Shown here: piece after piece, positions 44,869-53,041 of the stretch
Layout: each line of letters opens with the position of its first letter
Position numbering within the stretch: the first letter of the stretch is position 1
From: Candidatus Rariloculaceae bacterium
GTDB lineage: Bacteria > Pseudomonadota > Gammaproteobacteria > Steroidobacterales > Rariloculaceae
Direction: 5' to 3'
DNA: 64,000 nt
Assembly: GCA_965223375.1 (NCBI GenBank)
Contig: OZ245000.1
Span: 2,616,582 to 2,680,581, forward strand
Position numbers and translations under genes: made by a program
The notes under the pieces: model-generated
What the model was told of the DNA's origin: nothing
Databases searched by the model: none
What the model saw: only the letters and a program-made list of their open reading frames with translations

Positions 44869-47650
44869 AGAACGAGAACTGCAGCCGGGCGTAAATGACG
44901 CGGCCGCGCGGGTCGTGGACTTTCGAGTCGTAGCCGCCATTCGTGCGGACAGCGGGCGGATCCTCGTCGAGCAGGTTGACGGCGCCGACGGCAAGGACCG
45001 GTCCCCGGTCGCCGCGGAAACGATAGCGGTACTGCGCGTCGAGCGTCGTGAAGCTGTCGATCGGGACGAACTGGTCGTCGTCGTAGCCGTCGATGTGTCG
45101 CACGAAAACGTCGATGCCGTGCCGGTCGAGCTCCCAGTTCGCGAACAGCGTTGCCCTGAGCTCGGGCGTCGACGTCGCGAAATTATCGAAGTTTCGCCGG
45201 CCGAGCCCGTCGATCGTCCCGGCCTGCGGATCGACGGGGTCGTAGCTCGTGATCAGCGTCATCTCGGTGCCTAGCGCCAGCGCCGAGCCGCCGCCAAGAT
45301 CGAAGTCGTACGTAAGCGAGAAGTCGATGCCGTCGGTCTCGAGCGACGACGCGTTCGCATAGAACGTGTCGACCCGAAGCAGCAGGCCGCTCAGCGGGTC
45401 GCGTATCACCTGATTCTGAACCGACGGGTCACCGGCGGCCGCGGCATTCAGCACGGCCTGCGCGCTTTGCTGAATGATCACCTGCTCGTAGTCGAACGAC
45501 CAGTAGTCGATGCCGATTTCGAGCGCGTCGGTCGCCCAGCTGACCCCGATGTTGAAGACGTCGGCCTCCTCGGGCTGGAGGCGATCCGCCGTGGCGTTGG
45601 CCTGCGTGCGGACGGGGAAGAACTGGGCGATCCCGACCGCCGGATCGATCAGTTGGTCCAGCGTCGTCTGAATCCCGAACTCCTGAAACAGCGAAGGTGC
45701 GCGGAACGAAGTGCCGAACGACGTCCGTAGAGAAAACGAGTCGTTGGGCCGCCACAGTAGCGACAGCTTCGGATCGGACGAATCGAGGCCGCGGCCGTAG
45801 TCTTCCTGGCGCGCCGCGAGTTGCAGGTCCAGCGTCGGCGACAGCGGCAGATCGAGCTCGACGAACATGGCGCTGATGTCCCGGTCACCGGCGAAATCCG
45901 GTATGCCGCTGAAGAACAGGAAGTTGTCGGCGTTCGTGTTCGCATCGTAGTCGTAGCTGAGCGACTCGTCGCGATACTGGAAGCCGAATGCTATCTGCGC
46001 CGGTCCGCCGGCCAGCTCGCCGAGCTCCCGAGCTGCGATGGCCTCGAGCGTCGTCAGCTCGCTGTCGGCGAGCGACGTGAACGTGCCGATGACATCGTCG
46101 AGCAAGCCCGCTGAATTCACGGTACCGGTACCGAGCAACGAGCTGCCGAAAGGGTTGAACCAGACGCAGGGCCCGACGCCCGGCTGACCGGTCGCAGGGT
46201 CGCAGCCCGTCCCACCGAGCCCGGTGATTGCAAGCCCGAAGCGGTCGATCAGCGTGTCCTCGGTCGAGACGAAGAACTCGTTCTCGCTCAGCGTTGCCGA
46301 GGCGTCGAAGCGCCAATGCTCGCCGATCTCGCCCTCGAGGTGGGCCGCGATCCGGGTGGTGTCGGACTCGTGGAAACTCGGGACCGCCGTGCCGCCGGCC
46401 CCGGCCACCCGACCGATGAAGCTGACGTCGGCGCCGAAAGGATTGTCCGGGTGCGCTGCCGGAACGACGGGAAACCGGGCGAACGGAAACGATGGTGAAT
46501 TGTTCCGCTGCGCCTCGTTCGATGCGCTGTGAATTTCGATCGACCCGCTCAGGCGATCAGAGAACGCGTGATCTACCTCGAAATAGACCGATACTCGTTC
46601 TTCCTCCGGCACCAGCGAGAAGAAATCGCCGAAATCGAACTGGCAGAGCCCGATCGGCACGTCGCCGGCCGGTGTCGGCACGGTTTGTGCGAACGTCGGC
46701 ACGACCTTGCGGTCCTGTGCAGCGATTGCCGCACAGTCCGGATCGGCGAAAACCGGCAACTGTGCGCCGGGGATTGCCGGCAAGCCGATCTGCGGCTCGA
46801 CGGCATCGGCGACGCCGTTGCCGTTGCTGTCGAAGCCGGCTGTCCAGATTGGTGCGTAGAGCGGATTTCCGGGCAGCGAGGTCACGAGATACGAGCCCGG
46901 GTTGCCGGCCTGGCTCAGGTCGTCGAACGTCGTCGAGAGTCGCCGATCGTTGGTCGTCAGTTCCGAGCGGTCGAGAATGCTGAATGCGGCCAGCACGCGG
47001 GTCGCGTCGTTGCCGCCACCATACAGAGCGCTGAGGCTCAGGTCCTCCTGCGGGTGGGCATCGACGGTCTTCAGATCGACCTCGATCTCGAAGCCGTCGA
47101 AATTCGTCCGGGTCATGAAATTGACGACACCGGCGACGGCTTCGGAGCCATAGAGCGAAGTCGCGCCATCCTTCAGCACTTCGAGCCGATCGAAGGCGAT
47201 CATCGGTGGCAGCGACGACGTATCGACGAAGGTGTCGCCGCGATTGGTTGCAACGGCACTATTGACCTGGCGACGCCCGTTGATCAGGACCAGCGTCGAG
47301 GCGACGCCCAGCCCGCGCAGATTGACGTTGCTTGTGCCGGTGCTGAAGTTCTGCGTGAAAGCATCGGGATTGTTCTGTGAACCGGTGTTTATCGTCAGCG
47401 CTTCGATGACCTCGCCGACTTCGGTGGCGCCGGCACCGGCGATGTCTTCCCGGGTGACCGTGATCAGCGGCGCCGGCGAGTCGAGTTGTGACTGACGCCG
47501 GATGAAGCTGCCGGTGACGACGACCTCCTCGATCGCCCCCGGTGCGGCCTGCTGGCCGTATGCGCTTGCGGCGAGCGCTGCCGGGGCGAGCGCCGCGGCC
47601 CGCGCGAGGTTTGCCGCCCACGGAACGGTTACTGCTGCGCGTTTCCGCAT
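44867..47650 (-). CDS. TonB-dependent outer-membrane receptor
   Basis: ATG at 47650 with GAGG upstream. Signal peptide ending AASAYGQQ. Plug region EEVVVTGSFIRRQSQLDSPAPLITVTREDI. ~900 aa beta-barrel. Terminal ...ARLQFSF. Confidence 0.93.
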   Translation of the reverse strand: MRKRAAVTVPWAANLARAAALAPAALAASAYGQQAAPGAIEEVVVTGSFIRRQSQLDSPAPLITVTREDIAGAGATEVGEVIEALTINTGSQNNPDAFTQNFSTGTSNVNLRGLGVASTLVLINGRRQVNSAVATNRGDTFVDTSSLPPMIAFDRLEVLKDGATSLYGSEAVAGVVNFMTRTNFDGFEIEVDLKTVDAHPQEDLSLSALYGGGNDATRVLAAFSILDRSELTTNDRRLSTTFDDLSQAGNPGSYLVTSLPGNPLYAPIWTAGFDSNGNGVADAVEPQIGLPAIPGAQLPVFADPDCAAIAAQDRKVVPTFAQTVPTPAGDVPIGLCQFDFGDFFSLVPEEERVSVYFEVDHAFSDRLSGSIEIHSASNEAQRNNSPSFPFARFPVVPAAHPDNPFGADVSFIGRVAGAGGTAVPSFHESDTTRIAAHLEGEIGEHWRFDASATLSENEFFVSTEDTLIDRFGLAITGLGGTGCDPATGQPGVGPCVWFNPFGSSLLGTGTVNSAGLLDDVIGTFTSLADSELTTLEAIAARELGELAGGPAQIAFGFQYRDESLSYDYDANTNADNFLFFSGIPDFAGDRDISAMFVELDLPLSPTLDLQLAARQEDYGRGLDSSDPKLSLLWRPNDSFSLRTSFGTSFRAPSLFQEFGIQTTLDQLIDPAVGIAQFFPVRTQANATADRLQPEEADVFNIGVSWATDALEIGIDYWSFDYEQVIIQQSAQAVLNAAAAGDPSVQNQVIRDPLSGLLLRVDTFYANASSLETDGIDFSLTYDFDLGGGSALALGTEMTLITSYDPVDPQAGTIDGLGRRNFDNFATSTPELRATLFANWELDRHGIDVFVRHIDGYDDDQFVPIDSFTTLDAQYRYRFRGDRGPVLAVGAVNLLDEDPPAVRTNGGYDSKVHDPRGRVIYARLQFSF

Positions 47651-47658
47651 CCTGTGCC

Positions 47659-49680
47659 TCACTGAACGATGGCCTCATTCGCTACCGCGATCGTCGTGCC
47701 ACCGCTGACCGCGAAACCGACCGTTTGCATCTGCATCTCGGTCGTCACCTCGATGTCGATCGTCGGGTTGAATAACGACGAGTGCTCCCCTGCCGTGAAT
47801 CTGACGATTCCGCGAACGCCGGCGGCGTCGACGGTCGTCGTGCTGACGTCAGTCAGCCCCATGACGGCGGCGAGTGAGTCAGTCAGAGCCGGTGTGACCG
47901 CGGTATCGCCCAGCACCTCGATCACATGTAACGGATGGCCCGCTGCAGCCTGCACGGCGTAGTTCAGCGGGTCGATGGGATCGAGAATGGTCTGCAGGTC
48001 GCGGACGAAGTCGTCGAAGCCCACGGTGCCGAATGGCAGGCCCGCTGCCTCGATACCACGCCGGATCGGGATGCCGAAGTCGCTGGCATCAGGATCATAG
48101 AGAAAATCTCCGAATGGTCCGCCGGGGCTCGACATCGTAGCCGTCGAGACGTCGTCGCTGACTGCCAGGAACGAAGTCGCGAATATGCTGCCGAGCGAGA
48201 GGCTGACGAAATGAACGCGATTCGGGTCGATGTCGGCCATCGCATCGCCGTCGAAGTCGAGCGTCGGTGCCGTGCGTGCCAGATGAATCAGATCGGCGAC
48301 GGCCTGCCGTGCGTGGTCGCGCGCATTCAGCGGATTGCCGACATTGAAGATCTGCCAGCCGTTGTCTATCTGACCGTCCGGCGACAGGTCGCCGACCGCG
48401 CCGACGTTGTCGAGATTGAAGTGCCGCTCGTTGTCACCGAAAGGGCTGTCGGGGCCCTGGTAGAACGGGCTCGTAATGTCCGTCACGCCGTGCAGCGGCA
48501 GGTCGATCGCAACGACGGCGAAGCCGGCCGCGGCGAACGCGTCCGCGAGCGTCAGCATGACCGTGCGATTGACCGTGACGCCATGAATCACGACGGCCAC
48601 GGGCCAGCCTTCAGCGGGCCGGCCCTGGCCGCTCGACGCGTTTGGCACCGTGGCGAGCAGCGGCAGCCGCAGCGTGCCGCCGCGCGGAATCGGCACCGGG
48701 TCGTCGCGCGTCAGTGGCTGGAAGGCCGCGTTGATCCAGAAGCTGCCGAGCGGATCCGCCGGGTCGCCGAAATAAGGGGCCTCGATGAAACCGGCGTAAA
48801 CGTCTGCGACGCCGAGCAGGCCGAGCGCTGCCGTCGAGATTCCCATCGGTGCGAGCAGCTGTGGCTGCGCCGTGGCAGTGGCAGCCAGCCATTCGAGCGT
48901 ATCGCCGATCGACTGCGTCGATACGCTCCATGCACTGACGACCGCTTCGCCCGGCAGGCCGAGCAGACCGGTCGCGACATCGATCAGCGGACCGATGGCC
49001 GGCAGCAGCGCATTCAGGTCCTGGTTCCCGGTCAGCACACCGTTGAGGTGTGCGTCGCGGACGATCTCGAACACGGTATCCGGGCCGGCAGCAACCCCGG
49101 CTGCGCTCTGTATGCCGGCCGTCAGAATGATCGCGTAGGTCGTATCCGGTTCGAGCGGCACCAGCGGGTCGATCTCGAGGATGGACCCGTTCGTCCCGGC
49201 CGCCGTCGAAATCGAAATTGCGTAGTGCAGGCCGGGGACCAGCGGCACGCCGGTGGTCGCATTGAGCACGAAGATCGACTCGGCACCGCTGGCGGCGACC
49301 AGCGGATTGAACGGCACCAGCGTCGCAGGGTCGAGGCGGTCGCTGAACGGCGCAGTGATCTTCGCGGTCGTCGAGAAGCCATCCAGCGTGTTGACGGCCT
49401 CGGCGAGCGGCCTGGTCAGCTTGACCGGTATAGACAGCGTCTGGCCCGGCAGGTTGTAGATGTCGTTCGGATAGGGGCCGACGTCGACCGGCGGCGCGTA
49501 CTGCGCGACGAAGCCTTCACCGCTGGCCGGCAGCGCCGTCGTGAACTCGATTGGCGCAGGGCCGGTGGACGACCCGCTTTCACAGCCGGCGACGAACGCA
49601 GCGAGGATCGCCACAGTGGCCAGTCGCGCCCCGCGGCCTGCCTCTCGGCAGCCGTCAGCGTCATGCAAGCGCAAGCCCAT
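47659..49680 (-). CDS. lipoprotein alpha/beta-hydrolase (bacterial secreted lipase/VolA-like)
   Basis: ATG at 49680. Lipobox AAFVAGC|ESG. PVAVVIHGVTVNRTVMLTLADAFAAAGFAVVAIDLPLHGV and nucleophile-elbow-like VHFVSLSLGSIF. The stop is 8 nt before the TBDR ATG. Confidence 0.65.
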   Translation of the reverse strand: MGLRLHDADGCREAGRGARLATVAILAAFVAGCESGSSTGPAPIEFTTALPASGEGFVAQYAPPVDVGPYPNDIYNLPGQTLSIPVKLTRPLAEAVNTLDGFSTTAKITAPFSDRLDPATLVPFNPLVAASGAESIFVLNATTGVPLVPGLHYAISISTAAGTNGSILEIDPLVPLEPDTTYAIILTAGIQSAAGVAAGPDTVFEIVRDAHLNGVLTGNQDLNALLPAIGPLIDVATGLLGLPGEAVVSAWSVSTQSIGDTLEWLAATATAQPQLLAPMGISTAALGLLGVADVYAGFIEAPYFGDPADPLGSFWINAAFQPLTRDDPVPIPRGGTLRLPLLATVPNASSGQGRPAEGWPVAVVIHGVTVNRTVMLTLADAFAAAGFAVVAIDLPLHGVTDITSPFYQGPDSPFGDNERHFNLDNVGAVGDLSPDGQIDNGWQIFNVGNPLNARDHARQAVADLIHLARTAPTLDFDGDAMADIDPNRVHFVSLSLGSIFATSFLAVSDDVSTATMSSPGGPFGDFLYDPDASDFGIPIRRGIEAAGLPFGTVGFDDFVRDLQTILDPIDPLNYAVQAAAGHPLHVIEVLGDTAVTPALTDSLAAVMGLTDVSTTTVDAAGVRGIVRFTAGEHSSLFNPTIDIEVTTEMQMQTVGFAVSGGTTIAVANEAIVQ

Positions 49681-49865
49681 CCGATACCCTCCCCCGGCGG
49701 AGTTGGCGCGGGGTCGCCCGCGCGCGAACAGTATATACCGGCGGCGGCCGGTGCTCGGTGCGGCGATTCGTTGCATACGACACGAATTCTGATCAATTGG
49801 GGCGAACGGCCGCGGCGACCGGGGCGTCGAGTACAATGCGCGCCGCGCATCAGCGGGAGATCCGT

Positions 49866-50864
49866 ATGAAAATTGCGGTGCTGTTCGGCGGCGACAGCAT
49901 GGAGCGCGACGTATCGGTCGCTTCGGCCTCGCAGGTCGTCGCGGGCCTGCGCACGCGCGGCCATGAGGTGATCGCGATCGACATGCATCGCGGCGTGCTC
50001 CCGCCGGCCGAGCAGCACCGCGTGCTGTCCGGCAGCATCGCGCGCGAGCCGCCCGCGCGGCAGGCGGCAGCGGATCTGCCGGCCGTCGTCTCAGGCGTGG
50101 ACTGGCGCGACGTCGATCTGGTCTTTCTTGCGCTCCACGGCGGCAGCGGCGAGAACGGCACCGTGCAGTCCGTGCTCGATTTGGCCGGCGTCCCGTACAC
50201 AGGCTCCGGCCGGCTCGGTAGTGCGCTGGCGTGGGACAAGGCGATCGCGAAACAGCTGTTCCGCGGCGCCGGCGTTCCGACCCCCGACTGGCTGATGGCG
50301 CCCGTTGCCGCTTCCCGGGTAACGGCGGAGCTCGGCTTTCCGGTCATCGTCAAACCGACCGGGCAGGGCTCGACGGTCGGGCTCACTCTGGTCGAGCACG
50401 CGACTCAGCTGGATGCGGCCGTCGCGGTCGCCGGTGGCTTCGATGCCGACGTCATGGTCGAGCGCTACGTGCCGGGAAGGGAGCTGACCGTCGGGATACT
50501 CGATGGCGCGGCGCTCGCCGTTGGTGAGATCGTGCCGGCGCATGGCGACATCTTCGATTACGAGGCCAAGTATCAGTCCGGCGGTGCGGCCGAGATCTTT
50601 CCGGCCGACATCCCCGCTCCGCTTGCTGCGGAAGTCCGCAGACTCGGCCTTGCGGCCCACGCTGCGCTGAAGCTCGACGACTACAGCCGGGCCGATTTCA
50701 GGCTCGATCCCGATGGCCGCCTCTGGTGCCTCGAGGTCAACACGCTGCCCGGACTGAGCGCCGGCAGCCTGCTGCCGCAGTCGGCGGCTGCGGTCGGCAT
50801 CGATTTCCCGACCCTGTGCGAGAGAATCTGCCAGGCGGCGCTCGAGCGGCCGCAGACTTCCTAG
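49866..50864 (+). CDS. ddl: D-alanine--D-alanine ligase
   Basis: ATG at 49866 follows GGGAGA. MKIAVLFGGDSMERDVSVASA, LALHGGSGENGTVQSVLDLAGVPYTGSG, PVIVKP..QGSTVG, ADFRLDPDGRLWCLEVNTLPGL. Confidence 0.93.
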   Translation: MKIAVLFGGDSMERDVSVASASQVVAGLRTRGHEVIAIDMHRGVLPPAEQHRVLSGSIAREPPARQAAADLPAVVSGVDWRDVDLVFLALHGGSGENGTVQSVLDLAGVPYTGSGRLGSALAWDKAIAKQLFRGAGVPTPDWLMAPVAASRVTAELGFPVIVKPTGQGSTVGLTLVEHATQLDAAVAVAGGFDADVMVERYVPGRELTVGILDGAALAVGEIVPAHGDIFDYEAKYQSGGAAEIFPADIPAPLAAEVRRLGLAAHAALKLDDYSRADFRLDPDGRLWCLEVNTLPGLSAGSLLPQSAAAVGIDFPTLCERICQAALERPQTS

Positions 50865-50979
50865 TGGCCTGTAACGGCTGATTCGGTAGCACCCGGCTGC
50901 GTCTGTCGTGCCGATTCGGCGTTGCTCGTCGTCGCCATAGTCACCACTATGTCTCCTTCTCGCGCCGTGCCTCCCGGGG

Positions 50980-51369
50980 TCAGTCGACGGGCCCGCGAGC
51001 GAGCAGGGCCGCTGCTGTCGCGAGCCACCCGCCGATCAGCAGAATGCCGCCGGCCGGAGCGAACTGCGCCACGCCGTCGATGTCGAAGGCCGCCGCATAA
51101 ACCCCGCCGCAGAACAGCACCGTGCCGGTCGCGATTGCGATCAGCGCGATCTGCAGCAGCCCGGTGGGGCGACGGTGCCGGGTGGCAAGCGCCAGAGCCA
51201 GCAGCCCGAGCGAGTGATAGAACTGATACGCGACACCGGTCTCAATGGACTGCATAGCGGCGGCCGGCAGCCGGTCCGCCAGGCCGTGGCTGGCTGCGGC
51301 ACCGAGGCCCGTAGCGATCGCGAGCAGCACGGCTGCCAGCGCGGCGATCGAGCGCTGCAGCGTGGTCAT
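50980..51369 (-). CDS. DUF423 (YgdD-like) small membrane protein
   Basis: 129 aa with four TM segments. GVAYQFYHSLGLLAL motif. Confidence 0.8.
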   Translation of the reverse strand: MTTLQRSIAALAAVLLAIATGLGAAASHGLADRLPAAAMQSIETGVAYQFYHSLGLLALALATRHRRPTGLLQIALIAIATGTVLFCGGVYAAAFDIDGVAQFAPAGGILLIGGWLATAAALLARGPVD

Positions 51370-52190
51370 GCGGCCGCCGCCGCAGCGTTGCGCCGGGCCG
51401 TAAGCGCCACCAGCCAGACGCTCGCGTTCGCGCGCAGTGACTCGAGAGTTGCGGCGGAATAGCCGGTGACAGCGCCCCAGGTGCCGAGGTCCGGCGCCGG
51501 GGTCGCGTAACGCGGCAGCGGATCGTGTTCGCGCCGCCAGGTTTCGACGGTGAGGTCGGACCAGAGCGACGGCTCGAAGCAGGCCGTGATTCTGTCGAGA
51601 TCGCCGGCGATGAACATTTCGTGGCCGTGCAGGTGAATCGGTGCGTCGAAGTAGATCCGGCCGCCCGGTTTCAGCACCCGATGAACTTCGGCCAGCCCGC
51701 GCGCATAGCCGGGCCCGGCCGTTCCGTCGGGCAGCGGGTCGCCCCAGTGCTCGAGCGTCTGGATGCCGACGACGATGTCGAAGCTTGCGTCAGGAAACGG
51801 AATCGCGCCGGCATGCCCGCGGCAGGCGGCGCCGCGCCGTGGCGGGCCGTCGTCGGCCAGCGGGTCGATACCGGTCCAGGTCCCGCCGGCGGCAGCGATC
51901 AGGCGCCGCGGAATCGAGTGCCGGCCGTAGCCGATCTCGAGCAGATCGAGGCCGTCCAGCGAATGCAGGTGCGCTTCCTGGGCGGCGGTGACGCACTTTC
52001 GCAACGGGCTGCCGAAGGGCACCGCGCATGCCGCGCGGCTTGCGACGAACTTCGGACAGCGGCGGCAGGCGATCGAGTGAATCCCGTTCTGCTCTTCCCA
52101 GTAGGGTGGCGCCCAGGTGCGCCGGGCCCTCGCGTTCGAGAGCCGCGCCGTGTAGAGCCGCTTGCCGATGCTGTTCAGCAGGGAATGCAT
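51366..52190 (-). CDS. class I SAM-dependent methyltransferase
   Basis: ATG at 52190 (MHSLLNSIGKRLY). LLEIGYG (motif I-like), FDIVVGIQTLEHW, VLKPGGRIYFDAP. The stop overlaps the DUF423 start by 4 nt. Confidence 0.75.
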   Translation of the reverse strand: MHSLLNSIGKRLYTARLSNARARRTWAPPYWEEQNGIHSIACRRCPKFVASRAACAVPFGSPLRKCVTAAQEAHLHSLDGLDLLEIGYGRHSIPRRLIAAAGGTWTGIDPLADDGPPRRGAACRGHAGAIPFPDASFDIVVGIQTLEHWGDPLPDGTAGPGYARGLAEVHRVLKPGGRIYFDAPIHLHGHEMFIAGDLDRITACFEPSLWSDLTVETWRREHDPLPRYATPAPDLGTWGAVTGYSAATLESLRANASVWLVALTARRNAAAAAA

Positions 52191-52221
52191 TGGAGCGCGC
52201 CCGCTGGAACGCAGATGGGCA

Positions 52222-52253
52222 GGCAGGCGGACCGGCAGCCCGGCCCGCCTGCC
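52222..52253 (-). terminator. GC-rich hairpin downstream of 52261..52896 (no U-tract)
   Basis: ggcaggcgg (52222-52230) pairs with ccgcctgcc (52245-52253), a 9-bp stem with a 14-nt loop, 8 nt after the stop. It lacks a T-run, so terminator function is uncertain. Confidence 0.3.
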
Positions 52254-52260
52254 GTGAGCC

Positions 52261-52896
52261 TCAGTCGATCGCGAAGCAATAGAACATGCCGGCGCCGCCC
52301 GTCGGCTCGAGCTGCGCCATTCCGCAGCCCTGCGAGGGATGCACGGCGTTCCAGGAATTGACCCCGGGGTTGCGGCCGATCCGGTCGGCATGACCGAGCA
52401 TCGCCTGGCTGGCATCGCTGCCATCGGTCCAGTTGCTGCAGGTCATCTCGTTTGCCGTGCCGTCCTCGTTCGTGCCGGTCAGGATGTCGTGCTCGAGCGG
52501 CTGGGCGGCAGGCGCGGGCGGATCGCCGACCAGATAGTTCGGTGCGTCACCGTTCTCGTTCAGCGCCGTGTCGCCATTCAGGTTGTTGTCGCCGTGGAGC
52601 TCGGCAACGTCGGCGGCAATCATTTCGCCGGCGGCGTTGTACCACGGGCCGTCGCCGATCCGGTCGCGCGCGTCTACATCGGACGTGCTCAGATAGGCGC
52701 GCCAGGTCTTGTCGCCGGCGCCCGCAGCCGCGGCCAGCGTCTGACAGTAGGCATCGGCACCGTCGAGGCCGCCGAGGTCGCCGCCGGAACCCGGGTTGCT
52801 GCTGGTGACGAAAAAGCTCATGTCCTGTGCCTGCGCGGCGCTCGCACTCAGAACGAGCGCTGCGGTCGCGGCGGCAAGCCGTCGTTTATCGATCAT
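52261..52896 (-). CDS. secreted endostatin-like (collagen XV/XVIII NC1-type) domain protein
   Basis: ATG at 52896 follows AGGAGA. Signal peptide MIDKRRLAAATAALVLSASAAQAQ. The mature part aligns by eye with human endostatin:
- FFVTSSNPGSGGDLGGLDGADAYCQTLAAAAGAGDKTWRAYLST vs [40 protein letters not shown]
- TCSNWTDGSDAS vs YCETWRTEAPSA
- C-terminal FYCFAI vs IVLCIE
Four Cys residues sit in equivalent positions. Confidence 0.65.
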   Translation of the reverse strand: MIDKRRLAAATAALVLSASAAQAQDMSFFVTSSNPGSGGDLGGLDGADAYCQTLAAAAGAGDKTWRAYLSTSDVDARDRIGDGPWYNAAGEMIAADVAELHGDNNLNGDTALNENGDAPNYLVGDPPAPAAQPLEHDILTGTNEDGTANEMTCSNWTDGSDASQAMLGHADRIGRNPGVNSWNAVHPSQGCGMAQLEPTGGAGMFYCFAID

Positions 52897-53041
52897 CGGT
52901 TTCTCCTGTGCGAAGGTCGCGCCCTCATCGGCGGGCGTCTGGTTGTCGGCCGCCAATCTACAGGATTTCGGCGGGCGGCGGCAGGCCGGTTATGCTGAGC
53001 GGCACCGGGCGCTGCCGCGCCCGGGTCGACGAGGCACTCGA

